Assembly (NCBI GenBank): GCA_043228905.1
Contig: JBHGNT010000012.1
Location: 1,488,001-1,552,000, forward strand
DNA length: 64,000 nucleotides
From: Azolla caroliniana
Taxonomy: Eukaryota; Plantae; Polypodiophyta
Direction: 5' to 3'
Part shown: positions 36,232 to 46,711 of the stretch, piece after piece
Numbering within the stretch: the stretch's first letter is position 1
Layout: each line of letters starts with the position of its first letter
The notes under the pieces: generated by a model
Database searches by the model: none
What the model saw: only the letters and a program-made list of their open reading frames with translations
What the model was told of the DNA's origin: nothing
Translations under genes and position numbers: made by a program

Positions 36232-37896
36232 ATGATGGAGCCTCATGAGGAGGAGAGGTCCTCCTCCTCCTCCTCCTCCTCTTCTTCTTCTTCTGTTTCT
36301 TCTTCATTTTCTTCTTCTTCCTCTTGGTTGCTTCGGTCCCACTTCTCGAGATCGGTCTACTACGGCTCCGCATGCCTATCTACCCCTAATCTCCTTCTTA
36401 ATCCCAACCCCGACATCTTTCTCGATCCCAAATACTATATCATCGATTGGCATATCCACCATCATGATCATGATGCCACAAATTCTTTCACCTATAAGAA
36501 GCTCTATCATGATCGTGATCAATTCTCGATTCCGTCACTGCCCTCGATCGATCCAATAAGTACCACTAGTGCTCCGATTATTAATCCTCATAAGGATCAT
36601 CGATTAAGTCCTTCATCTCCGGCTCGACCCCAGGGCGATCGAAAACTTCTCGGTGATTCAGCTAATGATCCATCTTCTACTATTATAGCTCGGAAGGTTC
36701 TGGCGGAGAGGGATGTAATTATAATCCTTGAAGATTCTTGGGTGAATCCGAATTCGAAAGCTCGCCGGGGATATTGTTCCTCCATGGATACAAATATGGC
36801 TGCATCCACAGATGTTCTTGAAGATTCTCCTATGAGTAAGGAGGTAAATCCGGCTGGATCGATGGATATTCTCGAAGATTCTACCCTCGATGCATCGATG
36901 GATCTTCATGAAGCTTGTCAGGCGAATCTCCGTGAATATTCTCCAGCAAATCCGAAGGGGGCAATGGATGGTATCGACCACAAATATTCAACAGACCACG
37001 GTAAGACATCGGAATCTATAAACGAAAATTCTCCATCAATGAATCTGGAGGTGGAGGAGGGAGAATCTATAATTCCCATTCACCAAGATTCTTCTTCTAA
37101 TTCGAATAATCACGCAAAGGCGGCTTCTGAGACGAGGGGCGATCTTCTCAGAGATCATACTAATTTGAAGGTGGTAGTAAGCGTTCCCGAATTAGGTTCT
37201 TCTACGCGGTCGAATCCGAGGGGGAGAGAGGATCATATTCACCATGGTGATTCTCGGCGGCGAAGGAATCATGCTCTTGAAGCGGAATCTCTGTTGGGAT
37301 ATTCCAAGGATCCGATTCTCAAGCCACGACGGGGCATGTCATTGGATGATCATCATGTTCCACCCCTGATGACACCGGGGGGCTCGCACTTCCATTTCAT
37401 GCATACGGTGAGGCACTCCTTCAATTCTCTCACGAGTCCGGGCTCAAACCCTAGGCAATACAGGCTTTCCATACTCGGAGAAACCATAACATTACGGGAG
37501 GAGGATGCGCATGTGGTGGCCATCCCTACCTTGCGTGCTGTACGCTCTCACAATAATCTCTCAGATTATAACCACCACCAATACACAGATCATCGCCATC
37601 ACCATCACCATCCCGAGCACAAGACGATCCGGGCCGTGCTCACATCAGAGAAATGGATGGTAGATCTTCGACAGTTGCTCGTCGGGGAAAGATTCGCTTC
37701 TGGCACATATAGCAAGATTTATCATGGAATTTACAAGGGTGTCCCTGTGGCTGTGAAGATCATCCAAATGACGGAACATCCGGATCACCGTGGTGGGGAG
37801 GACAAAGCCGACGTGATCATTGCCCATCGCTTAGACCATCTCTTCACGCAAGAGGTCTCGATGCTCTCGCGTCTGGAGCATCCTAATGTCATTAAG
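36232..37896 (+). CDS. Raf-like group C (HT1/Raf36-type) Ser/Thr/Tyr protein kinase, exon 1
   Basis: A long low-complexity N-terminus is followed by WMVDLRQLLVGERFASGTYSKIYHGIYKGVPVAVKII...FTQEVSMLSRLEHPNVIK. GT donor at 37897. The spliced product is 759 aa if ATG 36232 is used. Confidence 0.88.
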
Positions 37897-37942
37897 GTGG
37901 GATCACGGAGAAACTCTTTTTAAGAATTAAGAAACTCATTAA

Positions 37943-38075
37943 GGTTTCAATTGAATCTTTATCAAAGCATTGAAAATGGTTTCGATTGAATCTTGATCAA
38001 AGCATTGAAAATGGTTTCGATTGAATCTTGATCAAAGAAATTGAAAATGGTTTCGATTGAATCTTGATCAAAGAA
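37943..38075. repeat. 35-bp minisatellite (~3.8 copies) in kinase intron 1
   Basis: Unit GGTTTCGATTGAATCTTGATCAAAGCATTGAAAAT starting at 37943, 37978, 38013 and 38048. Confidence 0.92.
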
Positions 38076-38124
38076 CTTCATGTTTTAGCCTAACTAGTTC
38101 CGGATTTTGGAAAAATGATTTCAG

Positions 38125-38583
38125 CTCCTTGCGGCATCCAAGAAGCCACCCGTGCTGTGTGTGATCACTGAGTATTTGTCGGGGGGTTCGGTGCGGGCAT
38201 TCTTGAGCAAGAGACAAGGAAACTCGGTGCCAATCGAGCGAGTTCTAGAAATGGCACTAAATGTGGCACATGGGATGGAGTACCTCCACAAGGAGGGGAT
38301 CGCGCACCGTGACCTAAAGTCGGAGAATCTCGTGATGGATGAGCATGGCACGGTGAAGATAGTTGACTTCGGGATCTCGTGCTTCGAGAGGGAATGTGGC
38401 AGCAACTCTTATCATGATGGTGGCACCTACCGATGGATGGCTCCCGAAATGTTACACCACCTCCCACACTCTCGCAAGGTGGATGTGTATAGCTTTGGTA
38501 TTGTCCTATGGGAGCTCCTCACCACTCGCTTGCCTTACGAAGACGTGAATCCGGTTCAAGCAGCGTTTTGTGTGGTGAACCAG
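38125..38583 (+). CDS. Raf-like kinase, exon 2
   Basis: AG acceptor at 38123-38124; HRDLKSEN, DFG, GTYRWMAPE and DVYSFG motifs; GT donor at 38584. Confidence 0.93.
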
Positions 38584-38751
38584 GTAAAATCTTATGTGCA
38601 CTCTCATATGCCATGTGAACTTACATGACATAGTATATAAGATAGCATTGCTACTTGAGATCTATAATGGTTTGTGATTACCATCCACCCTAATTCTTAA
38701 GTCAATGAACCTTTAACCTTTGATGTAAGCCGGTGGTGTCGACCTCAATAC

Positions 38752-39166
38752 TAGGAATTGGCAATTGTTCGGTTTGAACCAAACCAAACCAAACCGTGAA
38801 ACCAATGTTAAACAGTTTAAACAGTTCGGTTCAAGTTCAAGTTTGTTTATAATGGTTTGGGGGTCAACATTTCGGTTTGGTTTGGTTCAAATAGTTTGAA
38901 ATCGCCGTTTAAGTGGTTCAAACGGTTTAAGAAATTTGAAACTTGACCTAACTTGAAAACCGAAACAGAGTCGTGAAATCACGATTTTAATAGTTTAATG
39001 GCTTGAAAATCTCTAGAACCGTTTGGTTTGAGTTTGGATTTTCTTTAACAATTGGGTTTGAACGGTTTTGGTTTAAATAGTTTTGTGGTTTGGTTCCGTT
39101 AAAGTTTCAAAAAAATTTAAACGGTTTGAGTTTTGTAGCCTCAAACCAAAATTTTGTCGATTGCTA
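38752..39166. mobile_element. hAT-type MITE (415 bp) in kinase intron 2
   Basis: Imperfect TIRs TAGGAATTGGCAA / TTGTCGATTGCTA and 8-bp TSD CTCAATAC. Same family as 33897-34088. Confidence 0.88.
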
Positions 39167-39440
39167 CTCAATACCCCTACCTACTCCCTAATATCAAGCT
39201 TCCACCTTAGTACCCATGATCCTTTCCATCTAGGCTTTAACCCTAATCCAAACCATAATAAAAAACCTTTAATTGCCTATATTGCTAATTGATTTATTGG
39301 TTTGACCTTGAGGTTAGAAAATTCAGAACTCTTGGATGCCCATGGAAAATCACATCCCCACTTTATGGTCTTGATGTTCTAATGCCAACTTTGGTGTTGG
39401 TATGATACTAAATAATGTGACTCACTTTATGTTTGTGTAG

Positions 39441-39596
39441 AGTCGGCCACCTATTCCAAGCGATTGTCCCAATGTATTGGCCAACCTTATGAGTCGGTGT
39501 TGGTCATTAGATCCTGAAACTCGGCCCGAATTCTCGGAGATCGTAAGATCGTTAATGGAGTTTCAAGAAAGTTTGCTTGCACCACCAAATCAATGA
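39441..39596 (+). CDS. Raf-like kinase, exon 3 (not in the ORF track)
   Basis: AG acceptor at 39439-39440. Translates SRPPIPSDCPNVLANLMSRCWSLDPETRPEFSEIV...PPNQ*, i.e. kinase subdomains X-XI. Confidence 0.88.
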   Translation, partial: SRPPIPSDCPNVLANLMSRCWSLDPETRPEFSEIVRSLMEFQESLLAPPNQ

Positions 39597-40894
39597 AGCA
39601 AGATGAATTGTCAACCCAAATGAGAATTGGCACCATTACTTGGTACTATTCAGATCCCCCCTTGAGAGCTTTCTCTTATTTTCTATACTTTCAAAAAGAA
39701 GTTAAGATGTTTGAGCGATGTCCCTTCGAAGTTGAAGTTTTGGGGACCTACTGATCATTCTTTTGCTGCAATTCAGCCAAAAACCACAATAATTGTAAAC
39801 AAATGTTTTTGACATTCAACATCGAGCATTGGGATGCAATCATTCTTATATATGAACACGTTTTAGTTTGGATTTCATGATATCATCCACAATGATACAC
39901 TACTACAAAAGGAGGCAAATTATATGCAATAATAATTGGTGGGTAGTAGGAAACTTTGCAAAGGAGGTGAATTTGTGAGACCCCAATATGTTCTATATAT
40001 GTATATGAACCTTGTCTTTGGTCTTCGTTGTAAATGAGATCTTATGTAAATCTAAAGTTCAGAATTAAGATTTGTTTTTTGTAAAAGGTTGTGAGTGCAA
40101 CATCATTGTACCAATTTTACTTTGTTGAAAGTTTCAATAGTAATTTTTGAATACATTTTTAGTAATCGAGAATATCTTTATGTAATGGTGAAATGCATTT
40201 TTAGCAGTCGAGAACATCTTTATGTAATGGGGCACAATACTTTTCAATCATAAAAGTTAACAATATAAGTAAAACTCTTAAGGCAAATGGTCAAATAAAA
40301 TCGGATATCATTAGTGCAATAATAAAGTCAATCACTTATCAAACAATATAAGTCTTGAGTTCTAAGTGAAGCATTGATTTGAGAAATGTAAATTTAGTTC
40401 TAAGTGAAGCATTGATTTGAGAAATGCAAATTTACATCACGGAGAACTCTTAACAATGCACGCTACCAAGCTTTGATAGACCACATTTCAAGCTTTAAGT
40501 GCAAAGAATTTCAAGAGCCTACCTTGGACAGATCATATGTCAAGCTCTAAATATAAACGATTTCAAGAGCCAATATTGGGCAAATCATATCACAAGTCCC
40601 AAGTCTCATTTGCACATTATGTGCACTAAATAACTACCAAGGGGGTTCCACAATATTCGATCTACATCTCTCGATATTAAAGGCCCCTATATGGGTGTTG
40701 GAAAATTGTAGAAAATAAGGATGAGAGACCAATATCCCATGTTGAAAAGAGACGCTTGTTTTTAATCCTACCTATGTTGAAAAGAGACACTTGTTTTTAA
40801 TCCTAACGTGATTTAATCTTATTAATACTTTAAATATGATAAAGGCTGAAAAACAATTGCACTTACAATGATAAGAAAATAATACAAAAATCCT

Positions 40895-41270
40895 GATATG
40901 GTACAACTCCCTGAGGAAGTTATCATGCATATATGGTTCACGCTTATCAGCTGCCTACGAGGGCAATTGGACGAGGTTTGCAATCACTCCAATGATGTGG
41001 CCACTGCCCGTTTGTGCTTTTGGCAGAAATGGCAGAACACGCCTATGGTGACGCTAGGAGGAAGTGGCCCGAGGTGGAACTACCAGCCCCCACGCTGGTT
41101 GTTTCCTTCTCACATGCCACCCTCCCTTTGTTGTAGGCCCCAGGAGTCGGCTCATACTGACTGACACTAAAGGCCACTGCTTTTAGTCATGGGTATCTAC
41201 TTACTTTAGGTAGTCTCCTTGTAATAATCCTTCCTAACTAATGGGAAAGTAGCTTCATTTTGGAAAAAAA
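40895..41270 (+). mobile_element. 5'-truncated LINE (3' end of ORF2, 3' UTR, short poly(A))
   Basis: 14-bp TSD AATACAAAAATCCT (40881-40894 / 41271-41284), an A-tail, and a Trp-rich ORF remnant at 40898-41164. Confidence 0.75.
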
Positions 41271-41457
41271 AATACAAAAATCCTCATAATATGTATAACA
41301 AAGGTGATAGGAAGAAATTAACCAATGAAATTATGTTCCATAAACTTTATTAAAAAGCATTTGCAACTAGTCCTAACTAAAGTGTAGCACCAATTTGCAA
41401 AACGCAAACACAAAAGCATAACAAATATCTTATGGATACTCGCGACACAGGCTTCTT

Positions 41458-41617
41458 TATACGCCCTTGAAAGATTTGTTCTTGAAAACCCCTTCACATT
41501 TATGTACATAACATGAAGTTGAGATAGTCAGATTGTGTTTTTTTGCATGAGAATGAATACATTCTTCAAAAGCTAACATTACAACCACGAAATAAACAAA
41601 AATCATAGTATGAAACA
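41458..41617 (+). repeat. ~160-bp host sequence duplicated on both sides of Copia E (other copy at 61221-61381)
   Basis: Direct repeat with scattered substitutions. The second copy starts exactly at the CA end of the 3' LTR. Confidence 0.9.
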
Positions 41618-43268
41618 CTGGAGACTCAGAGTCTATCGACAGAATACAAGACTGACAGATTTCCTCCCACACGAGTGAAGGGGGAGTTTGTTGGGAATAT
41701 GTCCCTCCAGTGGGAGGAAGAGCCGATTGTTCGGAAAGCCAACTCGAAGGGTCGAAAACAATGATTCGACTGTTATTATTATTATGGTAATAATAATGAT
41801 GATGTTAGGAAACATGTCACTCTGGATGAGGAGAGAGAGGAGCCGAGTTGATGAGGGACTCAGCCGAGGCCAAAACCAAAATCGTGTATATAGCCAACTC
41901 GGGAGACTATACTTGTAAATAGTCTCAATGTGCATCCCATGAGGGCTAGGTATGTAAATAGCCAGAAAGTTGTGTAAGTATATATGCAACTAGGGCAAAC
42001 TTTAAGATGTAGAATAGAAGAGAACATAACTGTGAGTGTGAGATAGAAGTGTGCGTCATGCCATAGCTGTTTGAGTAACAGCAGACGCGAAGAGCCCTAC
42101 GTGGCTGATACACTCGACAGAGTGTTGTAACCCTCTCAGTGTTGTATATCCACTATCCATAGTGAAGTTCTATTCTTGTGGTTTTCTCCTGTTTTAGGGT
42201 TTCCACGTAAATATTTGTGCATAGTTGTCTATCTTTTTTTTTTGTGATTCGTATTTCAGCATTGTCTGTTCATTGTGATTTAAATTCTGAAACAATTTCT
42301 CAACAAACTGGTATCAGAGCTTGAGGTGCATGCATCGAAGGAGGTGTGAGCGGCTTCCCAGGAATGATAGTTCTCAACTCAAAGAACTATGCAGACTAGA
42401 AGATCAAGATGGAAGACCTTCTCATAGTAAAAGACCTGTACGAGCTAGTCGACAAGAGTTGGACTGGAAGCTTTTGAATAGAAAGGCGGTAGCCATTATC
42501 CGACAATGCGTAGATGTAAGTGTCCTTCAGCATGTAGCGAACGACACAAATGCCCACGAGATGTGGCAAAAGCTATCAGGTCTTTATGAGAGGAAGAATG
42601 CACTAAACAGAACCTCGCTAATGAGAAAATTCATGCGGCTGAAATACAGAGACGGTGAGAGCATCGTCGAACACATCAGCACATTCATGGGGTATGTAAA
42701 TCAACTTGTTGCGACCAAGTTTCCCCTTGATGACGCAATGCAGGCCATCCTGCTGATGTGTACATTGTCGGACAACTGGGAGAACTTGGTGGTTACTCTT
42801 AGCACCTCCTATCAAGAAGAGAACTTGTCTTTACAGACGGTGAAGACAAGCATCCTAAATGAGGAGGCAAGGAGGAAAGACAAAGGAGTCATGTCCCAAA
42901 CAGAGTCGAATTTGACTCAACATATGGACAAAGGCAGGGACCGGCGAAGAAGAAGTCCGCAATGAACGGACAAATCCCACGCCAGATCGAAGTCCAAAGG
43001 TAAGCTAGTGTGCTTTTATTATGGAAAACCTGGACACTTCCACAAGCACTGCTGACACATGAGAAGAGACAAGAGTGTCGAAAACAATGTCGAACCCAGG
43101 AAGATTCCTGATGAGAAGAACACTTCGGTCATTGCTACGAGCAATGAAGTACTCCTGTTCATTTGTGAGCAGACAAGTGCAAATCTTGCGAGTGAAGAAT
43201 GCACTTGGGTGATCGACTCCGGCACATCCTTCCATATTACTCCGTCGAGAGAGTATTTCTTGACTTAC

Positions 43269-46200
43269 TGTTGTAGGTTTTAGAGTTAGGGTTAGGGTTA
43301 AGGATGATGATGGTTAACGATGACGAAGATAGACATGGTGAAATAGCAAAGATGATGAAGAGTATGATGGTGAGAGAGATTGACATGAAGATGTTGAGAA
43401 TTATTGAGAAGCATTGTGGGGTAAGGATGACATTGATGAGCATTGCGGGGTGGGGGGTGGTGCCTAGAATGGCTCCACCCCCCTCCCAAGGGGTTCAACG
43501 TTGAGAGAGAGAGAGAGAGAGAGAGATGAAAAGAGAGATAGAGAGAAATGTTCATTCATGTTTCATTCATTCCCCATAAGGGGGTTAAATAGTACAAGAG
43601 GGGGTAGATACATAGGGGTGTAAGCCCCCTAGAGCATTCATATTGGACACTCACTCACACCTCATCGTATCCCTCCACATGCACACACGTGTGCATGTGT
43701 TCACATACATATCGACTCACAATTACATTTATGTTCCCTACACATACACAACAACATCATGATAACATTCGACCCTCGATCATCACACTTGACTCTCCGT
43801 ACATCTCGTACGGGGTAACACAATATGACACGCCCGTGGGAAAGTGCCTTGCACGTCGATCCCACATGCCTTGATGATGATATATCTTCGACCGAAACTC
43901 CATCGGTCCATTGATCGACTCCCTCGATTGGAGTGCTTGACTCGAACATCTTTGTCGGTTAGCAAATCTTCCGCGACACGAACATCTTCGGTCGACTTAC
44001 GAACTTCGTAAAATCATTCGGGTCGTCAAAAAAACGTTGTATGTATGTGTGTTCCTTTTGTTGATTTTGTGAGTTGTGTGTCAATCGCGTCCATTTCTTT
44101 TAGGTTCATGAGTTTTCGACATTTCGTAGGTGCCCTTTGATTTTTTTAAATTTTGACAATGCCATCATGTTTTTCGAAATTCTTCGGATGCCCTTAGGTT
44201 TTCAAAACTCCTCCAATGCCCCTTATCATTCTCTTTTTCCCTCTTTTTTCTTTTCTTGTTTCCTTCTTTTTCTCTTGCTTCTGTCGTTTCCCTCCTTTCT
44301 ATCTGTCTGTCTCCTCCAATTCCTTCCTTCTTCTTCTTCTTCAACGTCTCTTTCTCTGTGTTTTCTATTTCTTCTTCCCTTCTCTCTTTCTTTCCTTCAT
44401 CTCCGTTTTCTGTTTCTTCTTCTTCTTCTCGCATGCTTTCTTCTTCCTTCTGCCACTTCTTCTTTTTCTTCTCTGTTATGGTACCACTGCTTCTCTTTCC
44501 TCTTTGTTTCATCATTTCTCTTCTTTCTTTTCTTTGCGATTTCTTCTTGTTTCTAATTCATCTTTCTGTTCCGTTCCTTTCTGTCTTCTTCTTCTTCTAC
44601 CACCGTCATTGTTGTTGCTTCCTATCCTTCTACTTGCTACCGCATCATCCGGCCGCTCCGATCAATGATGTTCGGCCCGTCCGTTGTTCCTGGCTGTCTA
44701 TCTGTGTCTCCGCCTCCGTCCAGTCAGTCAGTCAGATTTGGCTGTTATTGTTTGTCCGGCCCTCCATCCACTATTCGGCTTTCCGACCGTCGTTTCAACG
44801 TCATCGTCGTTTCGGCCATCAGCTGTCCGGCCATTCTTGTCGCTTTTCGGTGTGGTGTCGCATTCCGGTTGTTGTCCAGCCGCTTCTCGGGCTGCTCCGA
44901 CTGTTTGTCCGGCTGTACTTCAGCAATTGTTCGGTCATTTCGGCCTCTCTTCAGCCGTTAGCTAGCCATTCTGACCGCTCTCCGGCCACTTCGGCCGCTC
45001 CGATTGCTCCTATTCGGTCACTCTCCGGCCAATCTGACCGCTCGAAGTGCCGTCGTCGCTCCATCCCCCATCTGGCCGTTCTGGATGTTGTCCGACCACT
45101 CCGACCACTTCTTGGCCATTGGTATGTGGCCACCGTTGTCCGATCGTCGTCCCACCTCCGTCACTGTTCCGACCGTTTGGCCCGTCTGGCCGTGTCTTTT
45201 CGGTCTGTCGTGTTTTTCCAGCCGTCTGTCTGCTTTTTGGCTGGTCTCCGGCCGTAGGCTGTTCTTGGCTGCTGTCTGTGGCTCAGTCCGACTATCCGTC
45301 TCTAACCATATCTTTCCGGTCCTTCGTTCATTCTTTCGTCCATCCGTTCGGCCTTTTCCGACCATCAAGTCGTTCTTCAGCGGTCTTTGTCTCCTCGCAT
45401 ATCTATCGCTATCGATCTTGTTCGCCTGTCTTCGTTCATCCCGACTGTCGTCCCTGGTCATTTCCGTTGTTGTTCGACACGAACGACCATGTCTTTCTGG
45501 CTCTCCGGTTGTTGTCGTCCCGCTCATCTTCGGTCTGTTTTCCAGCAGTCAGTTCTGCTGTGTCTTTTTGTTTGCCTTTGCAACCTTCCGAACACCGTTG
45601 CTATTCTGGCCTTCATCCATCGCCTTGTCCGGCATGTCCGTCCATTCTGGTTATTCTGATTGCCTGTCCGGCAGCATCTTTCCGGCATCTCTATCCTGTT
45701 GTCGGTTGTTTTGGCCATCATGGTTGTCTCTTGCAGCACGCTTTCTTGCACACACACGTCATTGCTAACCGCACATTTGCACATTGTCATTTCTATTCTC
45801 GCACACTCACGTAACGCCATCATTTCGCGACTTCCTCTCATGCATTGTCATCGTTTTTGTACATCTTTGGCAACATGTCTCGAACATTTAGGACAAAAAC
45901 AGACCAAACAAAACATACACATATAGAGATTAATTCGTTGTAGAATTGTGCATCAGTCAATCTTCCATTTCCGACTTCTTCTGCACATCATTGCCATCAT
46001 TTGTCGCTTTTTTTTGCATACTTCTGCAGCGAATAGTCATCACGCCATTGTTCTTTCTAATATTTCCACCAGTTCTCGCACATCGTCGATTCGACTTCTC
46101 GCTTTGATGAGGATTGCATCATTGTTCACTGCGTATTATTCTTCGACTTCGTCTCCAAAGGGGGGTCACCTTAGTGGTCGCCAAAAGGTGTTGTAGGTTT

Positions 46201-46395
46201 TGGGGTTAGGGTTAATGGTAATGATGATTATCGATGACGAAGATAGAAATGGTAGAATAGTGAAGATGGTGGAGAGTATGATGGTGAGAGAGATTGAGAT
46301 GAAGATGTTGACAAGTGATTGAGAAGCATTACGGGGTGGGGGGTGGTGCCTAGAATGGCTCCACCCCCCTCCCAAGGGGATTCAAAGTTGAGGGG

Positions 46396-46435
<40 letters not shown>

Positions 46436-46711
46436 AAATGATTATTCATTTATTCATTCATTCCCCATAAGGGGGTTAAATAGTACAAGAGGGGGTAGAT
46501 ACATAGGGGTGTAAGCCCCCTAGAGCATTCATATTGGACACTCACTCACACCTCATCGTATCCCTCCACATGCACACACGTGTGCATGTGTTCACATACA
46601 TATCGACTCACAATTACATTTATGTTCCCTACACATACACAACAACATCATGATAACATTCGACCCTCGATCATCACACTTGACTCTCCGTACATCTCGT
46701 ACGGGGTAACA
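43269..46711 (-). mobile_element. Non-autonomous (LARD/TRIM-like) LTR element sharing priming signals with the 12852-23006 Gypsy
   Basis: LTRs 43269-43820 and 46189-46711, TSD CTTAC, PBS TGGCGACCAC (46174-46183), inverted tRNA-like motif at 43826-43866. The low-complexity interior has no recognisable gag or pol. Confidence 0.9.

Noticed and set aside
37943-38075. 35-bp repeats resembling a CRISPR array
   Set aside because: Head-to-tail with no spacers, intronic and eukaryotic; this is a minisatellite.
40140-40810. Several two-copy 36-42-bp tandem duplications (also 62236-62500 and 63175-63370)
   Set aside because: Typical local repair or slippage duplications in AT-rich intergenic DNA; no shared motif.
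43280-43305. TTAGGG repeats as an interstitial telomere
   Set aside because: Only two copies, inside an LTR end; consistent with a telo-box-like motif.
44137-45926. Several long overlapping ORFs (up to 333 aa)
   Set aside because: Low-complexity CT/GA-rich interior of the non-autonomous element; stop-poor by composition, with no domain motifs.
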